Positions 56,723 to 64,000 of a DNA stretch of 64,000 bases are shown here, in pieces. Location of the stretch: NCBI RefSeq assembly GCF_009914755.1, contig NC_060936.1; one strand, given 5' to 3'. Position numbers and translations under genes: made by a program. Source of the stretch: the human T2T-CHM13v2.0 reference genome, Homo sapiens. The notes beneath the pieces were generated by a model that did no database searches, was not told the origin of the DNA, and was given only the letters and a program-made list of their open reading frames with translations. The stretch's first letter is position 1; each line of letters begins with the position of its first letter.

Positions 56723-57137
56723 TGTTAAATTAAATGAAATTTGGCCTAAAGCTGCCTCCATATGTAGCAAACTGTAACCTAATATGTAACCATATGTAGC
56801 AAACTGTAACTTAATATGTAAATACACTGCAATGTAACTTGCAGTGAGTATATTCTTGTCATGACTGATTGAGTTTTGGCCAATCATAGCAGCTGAGCTT
56901 TCAGCCAATCAGGGCCTGTAAACTGCTTAGACATGTCCAAATGAGGCAAATGCAGAGCTGTCACCAATCAGGCTATTTCTGCACGTCACTTCCTTTTTCT
57001 GTCTATAAATACTGCCTGCTCATATTGCTGAATGGAGCTTTCTTAACCTTTACTGCTTCAGAATGCTGCCTGATTCATGAACTGTTTCTTTGCTCAAATA
57101 AACTCTGCTAAATTTAATTTGTCTAACTTTTTTTTTT
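56723..57137 (+). mobile_element. ERV1 solo LTR, MER57-like
   Basis: Starts tgttaaattaaat...ggcctaaagctgcctcc; three CCAAT boxes, TATA at 57004, AATAAA at 57097; 4-bp TSD ctag (56719-56722 / 57138-57141). Confidence 0.85.
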
Positions 57138-57839
57138 CTAGAATGAGAAAGTCTGGATGATTAGACAAGATTTTTTTTTTTTTTTTTGGTTGTCATAGTT
57201 CTATACCAGACTGACCTGATGTCAGGCCCTCTATGCCAAAGCTCATGATACAACCTCCCTAACATGGACTCAAAGCTCTAGGGTGGGGAAGAGTGAGGAA
57301 GCCTGGCCTGGGAAGTCCTATAAATAGCATTGCATACAGGACACTGCATCTGATTCACTGTAAGCTTTTGATGAGCTTTCCTCTACCTTCTGTCCTTCTG
57401 GTCCAGTTAGCTGGTTTTATACTGGATAATATATTAGCTAATCATTTTGCATCACCTGGCAACTTGTTAGGCATTTTGAATAAGGGAACAGAGCTAGCAG
57501 GGCCAATTGACTGACCATACATAGTGCATGTGACAAATTTACTGGCTTCCTAAATCTGCATTGGGATTTCTGATATAGCAGACTAGACTAATGAGGACGC
57601 CTGTGAAACAGCAGTGAATACAATTAATTTTGAAGTGAATTTTAGTGCCGAGCACTTCTCCCTGGCACTGCCTTCCCAGGCCTTCCCTCACCTGGCCCTT
57701 TTGGCCTTTGCTGTTGATATATCTGTTTCTAATCCCTATTGGTTAACATATTTTATTCAAAGGCATACACAAAGGCATTGCCATCAAATTTTCAGGAGAT
57801 TCATATCTCCAACAGATAGCTAATAAAATGAATGATGAA

Positions 57840-58235
57840 ATTATCTCAACTATTGAATTCAACAAGATGACATTTAGATAGTGATAAAATACACTTTGCA
57901 TTTAGATGATAAAATGTGCTCACAAGTACAGCATGGGGAAAGATGTGACTTGCTAGTGCTTTATGTTAAAAATACCTGAAGATTTTAACAAAGGCATTGG
58001 TGAGAAGCAACTATGAGAAAAGCAAATACAGTCTTAGATTCCTCATAGGTGCAACAAGACTTGGATCATGAACAGTCATAATTAGTTGCACTCTGAGACT
58101 ATCAGAAAATGTGTTGTGCTTCACATTGGGTCCTGCAAGACAGACACTGATAAATTAGGATATAATCAGAAAAAGTTGCATGGGAGTGTGAAGGTATCTG
58201 AGCAACATATCCAATGTGGAAGACTGAAAAGAAGA
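57840..58235 (+). mobile_element. Probable L3/CR1 LINE fragment
   Basis: Degenerate CR1 RT-end motifs (cacaagtacagcatgggg, gacactgataaattagg). Confidence 0.5.
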
Positions 58236-58681
58236 GCAGAGAAATGAGTGAGTAGAATAGACTCATTCTGTTTCGTTTGAGAGAGAAGAATTAAGGCCAA
58301 AATGTTTAAATTTATTCAATATACAAAAACTAGGGCATCATGTGGCCTAGAGCGCTTCATAACACATGTTTGCAAGTACAAACTGAATGACCATCTGCTA
58401 CATTGGCCACATCATATGGCATAGAGTAGGCATATGATAAATATTTGTTAAATGTTACATACACGTAGGTGGAATGCTAGGAATGCTGTAGAAAGAAATA
58501 GTGGGAGGCTGGGCTTGATTAATGGTTCTAAATAGTGTTCTGCAAGATTTTGGTCAATGCCCCTTGATAAAAACATTGTATTGTCAAAGTATCTTGCAAA
58601 CCCCTGTGCTAAACAGACTCAAACAAATTCCTTTACTTATGGACCACACAGAAGATTTGATATATTACATTTAGTATATTA

Positions 58682-58684
<3 letters not shown>

Positions 58685-58730
<46 letters not shown>
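58685..58730. repeat. (AT)n microsatellite
   Basis: About 23 units. Confidence 0.95.
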
Positions 58731-58732
<2 letters not shown>

Positions 58733-59739
58733 ACGAGGAGATATATAAAGACAATAGAACTTGTCTGGGCATAGAACAATTTTGGCAGCACACTGGACTG
58801 GAGTATTATTACTGGAATACTTGTTTGGGGAACATTGAACTAAATTTGCGTTATATTTTTTCCAATTCTCTTTTATGTTTTCAAAGAGATGGGTGCAGAT
58901 TGCCCATATGCTTCTAGTAAACTTTGTAGTTCTAGACCTATCTTTCTGGATCCTGTGGCTGTTCTATAGAAATTTATTAACCAGGATAGTGAAAAAGTTA
59001 TCTCCTCTTTTTCAGCTCTATAATTTCTTCTTTGGTATATTCTTGTGTTTGAAGTCTAATTCACTCCTAGGAGTAAGTACTAACATTTATGATTTTCTTG
59101 GAATACTTTTATAATACAAAATTATTATCTTTTAGGCCTTTCCAAGACTCCTCATAAGGAGGAAAATTCTCTCTCAAAATGTTTAGAAAACATCAATGTA
59201 CACAAATTATTTTCCTACTTTATTTATTATAGGTTTGTGGTCACAAGAAGTAGTCATTATCCTTAGATGAAATGGGTAGGGACAAATTTCGTGTATTGCT
59301 CTACCCAAAGTAAAGGAGTCAGAGGGTTTCTAGGCAAACACCATGAAAGCCTACTGTATTAACCAAATGAGCAAAGAGCACATTTCTTGAACAGTATTTT
59401 TCAAAGCTTAACCTCCTGTTTGAACAACCCCAGATGACTTATGTTTCTGGCTTTCTTAATTGTTGGTTAGCTTTCAATGCCTGAATTCAGAAAAATTAGA
59501 GATGGAAAAATCTCCCAACAGGTCACCCAGCTCATTTCTTTAAAGGAATTAACAGATGAATCTCATAATGTAGTCCCTGGTTTTAACGTTCTTGAGGATG
59601 GGCCGGGGTTTCATTTTAAATTCAGAAATATTGGGGCCAATTTCAGTCCTAGGATGAATTCAGAGACCACCAAGAGAGGTTCGTATATCCTACTTCTGCT
59701 TTCCCATTACTCAGAATGTGTAAAGTCATAAACTGAGTA

Positions 59740-60990
59740 GTTAAGTCATGATAGATCTTGGCTTTTCAACATGGAGCTGACAAGGGAAGGGTAGATAAGA
59801 AAGATGCAACCACAAGACTGAAAAATGTCAGTGTCAGGGGAAGAGGGCTAGGTGTTTATATCCCTGCATTGACCAGTTTTTGGATACAGACTGCTTCTGG
59901 AGAGAGATGAAAATTGGGGCAAGATGACTTTCTTCAGTTAAGAGCGGTTTCAGGAAAGAGACTCAGGCAACTGAGAAAATGAATGCCTCAGTCCTGAAGG
60001 ATCTGGACAATGCACCACATCATTCATTACACCTACCCATCATGCTTGAGCTTGCTTCATACAAACTGTTCCAGAAACAGCTTCTTCAAGATTCTGATTG
60101 GTCTAATAGGAGGTTCTAATCCTACTTTCCTGGATACTGTGGTTGTTTTATGCAAATGTATTTCCCAGTTTTAGTGTGATAACTATCTCATCTTTCCCAG
60201 CTCTATAATTTCTCCTTTGGTATATTCTCATATTTAAAGTCTAATTCACTTGTAGGGTCAAGCCAGAACACGTATGAAGGTTAGTGGGACTAACTATAGC
60301 CTGTCTTGGTACAGATGGTTGCAAGGCCACTGCTAATACTCATTGTTTCCCTCTTAAAAACTACCCATTCTAGATTTTGCTCACTCATAGCGTAACTGGT
60401 GGTCTTGGTGTCTAACTGGTAAGGGAGTTAGAGCTCCTTTCTTGAGAGTTGGGAGCTCCTGCACTATGCTCTTCTAGACCATGGCTGATATATCTGTCCA
60501 TTTACTATCATGATTGGGCACAGACATATCAAGAGATGTTTCAGTGGTATCAGATTCACTTTCCCTCCTTAGATTGTGTAACAGAAGCTCTACCTTCTCC
60601 TGATGAAATTACCTTCTCCTGATGTCAATTACCCCTGTTAGGAAGCCCTACCTTCTCCTGATGGCAATTACCCTGTTAGGAAGATGACTCCTTCATTTGC
60701 TGCCTGGCATGAAGGGCCTGAAGTTACTGTGAAGCTTTAGAACATAAATGAGACTCTTCCTATGTTCCATGGTGAAAATATTTCCTCTTTCTAAACCACA
60801 ATTTCCAGGCCTATAGATTGGAATTGTAGGGATTTAAAGTATAAATTCCTCATGTGGCTTACAAATGATGACAAGTAAGGCCACTCCTGCTTCCACACCT
60901 TATTGTCGGACACATATAGTCTACCTACTGGGGACACAGCCCTATGCAATGCTTGGTAGTTTAGGGTATGTAACACATCCTGGATTAAGG
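59740..60990 (-). mobile_element. MLT1 LTR plus MLT1-int (ERVL-MaLR) remnant
   Basis: MLT1-like LTR ending at about 60031, followed by MaLR internal-like sequence. Confidence 0.6.
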
Positions 60991-61799
60991 TGTCTCATTC
61001 TTGCCAGTGAAGCAGAGTAGATTAAAGTGTTTTGTTCTGAACTGACATTAATGGCCAGGGATACTTACTGGTGTAAGGGACATGGCAGAAGGTATATCTA
61101 GGAATAATCAGACGGGTAGCAATGTCTGGGTTCCAGAGGAGGGCCAACTAGGATAAAATAGAACCCTAGTTCATAAATAGAGGCAAATATAGGCAAAGCA
61201 GAGGCAATAGAGGCAAAGTTTCAGGGTTCCAAATCAGCATGAGTTTAGGATAGAATTCACTCTCATTAGAGCTCTGTATTATAACAAGGAAGCATTAAAA
61301 TTGAAGAACTGATGGAAAGGCTACTAATGATAGATAATTAAGGACATCAAGAACTTAAGGTACATATAACAACAGATTATTTACAGATTCCCTCCATTCA
61401 AAGGATAAGGGTACATGGTGCTTGCATATATTTTACTACTACTACTACTACTAGTACTACTATATAAGAATGTAAGTTTAGTTCCATTCTAGTATGAATT
61501 ACTTTGGCTGCAAAAATTTCAAACCCAGTTGAGTACAAAAATGAAGATCACTAATTTTCTAGACTTTTTTGAAACTGCATGCTGCTCAGCATAGGTAGCC
61601 ATGGCCTGGTGGAGGAGAGGAAGAGTGAAGTGAGTACAAACTAGCCAGTGCTGTTTATAGTGTTTGGCTATGAATCCTGCAGACCGCTCTTCATAGGCAA
61701 TTGTAGATGCTTGAGGTGTAGGTGTGACTCTCCAAAGAGTCATTGTCTTGCCATTTTTAATATCCAGACCATAGTAATAGTATAATACAATACAATAGA

Positions 61800-62035
61800 A
61801 ATAGCTAACAGCTATTGAGCACTTACTACATGCCAGGCAGTGTTTTGTGCACTTTACATATATTAATTTGTTTAATGTTGACAGCAACTCTAAGATAGGT
61901 ACTAGAATAATCTTATTTTGCAGATAAGGGAGTTGAGGCCCAGTGAGATTACTTAACTTGCCCAAGATTGACACATTCTCAGAGGCAGAGCTGGCATTAA
62001 AAACTAGGAGGCCTATCTACAAAGTGCTTATTCTT
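61800..62035 (-). mobile_element. MIR
   Basis: tattgagcacttacta...attttgcagataagggg...aacttgcccaag. Confidence 0.85.
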
Positions 62036-62662
62036 AGACACTCTTCTAAGATGCAAATTGCTTTTATGGGTGGTGGCAGAGTAATCTGCTTATGTTGAAA
62101 CACGCTTTGGTTCTCAGGCTAAATTAATCTACAGAAACACCTTACCAAGATGAGCAAAGGGGAAGAGAATAAGACCTGTAATATGTTACTTTATGTGTCT
62201 TAGTTCTGAAAAACAAGGATATATCAAAAAAAGAAATTATAGAGCTGAGACGGTAGGTAGATAAAATTTTGACTGAGGTAGAAACTACATTAAAAATAGC
62301 TTCATCAGTTTGGAAAGTGTAACTGTACACAATGGGAGGCTGGTAAAAATATATGGGCTATTTGTACACAACTCTTTAAGAAACTGGCTTAAAGAATTAG
62401 ATTTTATGAGGTCAGTATAACTGAATTTCTCAAGAAAATAGAATTACCTGCCCTTGGGACAGTCACTTAAGTCACTTAGATTTTAAGCTCTCAAATTCTT
62501 CAACTGAAAAATGAGGGGATTGAAATAGATTATTGCTGAACCTCTTGACAACTCCAAAACTATAAAACTAGTGTTATGTAACGAATAAAACAAGCTGGAG
62601 CGAGAGGATTCTGGAGCTAGAAAATGCTGGTTGACTATTCACTGTTTACCACCCGAATGATT

Positions 62663-62850
62663 GTCACAGATTTGGTTCCCTAGGAAGCAGACTCTAAGAT
62701 TTAGAGATTTGTGTGTGAGTGGTTTATTGGGGAACAACACATGAGAGGGGTGAGGCAAGTAGGGCTAGCCAGAGTGAGCATTTGAATTGTGATGTAACTG
62801 CAGTATATGTCTGAGCCAATTTTACTGGGGAACTCTGAGGCTGGGATCAC
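62663..62850. mobile_element. MLT1 LTR fragment
   Basis: ggttccctaggaagcagactctaagat motif. Confidence 0.65.
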
Positions 62851-62869
62851 CGTTTAAATAGCCCTGCCT

Positions 62870-64000
62870 GTTTTAATGGACTTTTAGCTAAGATGGAGTC
62901 TAAGGAACTAAGGCTCCATCTAAGAAAGGGGGATTTACCTTCCCTTCGGAAACAACTAAAGAAACAGGCAATACATGTGAAAAAATGTCTTTCAAGACCC
63001 TGGACATTAGGCAATTAAAGATGGCGATTGCTATGAGATGGAAAACAGAGTAAGTCCTATGACTTCTCCAGCCTATTGCCTTAAGGGAGTTTCTAGGCCA
63101 TAGCTTAGGGAGAGGGAACCAAGATGGAGTCCAGTGGACATTTTGAGTTGAGGTGGAGTTGAGAGTTCTGGAAAAACACAGCGACTATATTTCACATGGC
63201 AAAATACTGCAAAGGAAAGAGTGAGAGGGATCCCTGGATATCAGTGGAGGGCACTCTCGTGCACACACTGGACTGATCGGCATATGTGTGTGGGGAGATT
63301 ACCATCCAAGAGGAATAGAGGAAACAGTGGCTGCTGTTAACTCAGGGCTACGATTATTGTCATGGGACATTGGGCGCAGTGCTCAGAAAGGTCTTGCCTC
63401 AGTGTGGGGAAATAATTAGCCTTAGATTAAATACTGATCAATTTTATCCACATCATTTAACGGAATCCCAGAGCAGAGCTCAGGAACACATACAGAAATA
63501 GAAGAATATCCAGTACACAAAAAGTCTGGCATCAAATAAAATTAAGCAAGAATGCAGAAAATAAAATTTTCTGCATTTTGGCATCAAATAAATGTCTGGC
63601 ATCAAATGATGTCTGGCGTCAAATAAAATTAAGCAAGAATGCAGAAAAGTAGAAAATTGTGGTTCATAAGTAGAATAATCAACCAATCAAACCAACCCAT
63701 AACTGACATTATGTTAAAATAGTTATTGGAACAATTTAAATGTATCAAAGACATTTAAAAAGATAAGTAGAGGCGTGGAAGATATGAAAACATCCAAATC
63801 AAACTTCTGGTGATTAAAACCACAATGTCTGGCATGAAAAATACACTAGATGAAATTAATAGTAGATTAGATATTGCCAAAGAAAAGGTTAATGAACCTG
63901 ATGACACATTAATAGAAAGTGTCAAAAATAAAACACACAGAGAAAAGCAATTTGTAAAAATTAAAATAACATCAGAGAGTTGGATTACTTCAAGTGGTCA
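62870..64000 (+). mobile_element. Old L1M 5'UTR/ORF1 region, continues past the window edge
   Basis: aagatggagt start; A-rich ORF1-like motifs (aaatacactagatgaaattaatagtagattag). Confidence 0.65.

Noticed and set aside
53550-64000. Expected MGP exons
   Set aside because: No Gla-domain or MGP coding sequence is visible; the gene should lie beyond the window

Overview
Primate (almost certainly human) genomic DNA that I recognise as the chr12p12.3 C12orf60-ART4 locus. It holds the single coding exon of C12orf60 (+, 6301-7038, 245 aa) and the complete three-exon ART4/Dombrock blood-group gene (-, CDS 26460-26317, 24500-23792, 12825-12734; 314 aa; the DO*B 'RGD' haplotype). ART4 has an erythroid-type promoter at about 26.85-27.0 kb. 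The rest is repeat-rich: Alus, L2/MIR, old L1M, MaLR and ERV1 LTRs, a Tigger7/MER44 element, and a 14-kb nested LINE-1 complex (a full-length L1PA6-like element inside an older full-length L1PA, with Alus inside both). From memory of the locus, MGP should begin just past the right edge; it is not in the window. I found no new protein-coding system. The most unusual signals are: (i) five separate local template-copy scars, including a perfect 35-bp inverted copy placed inside an Alu; (ii) possible ART4 regulatory logic (a uORF overlapping Met1, a weak exon-2 donor that would give a GPI-less isoform, a proximal polyA signal inside a hairpin); (iii) an extended L1 ORF0. Repeat subfamily names come from recalled consensus sequences, and repeat boundaries without a stated TSD are approximate.
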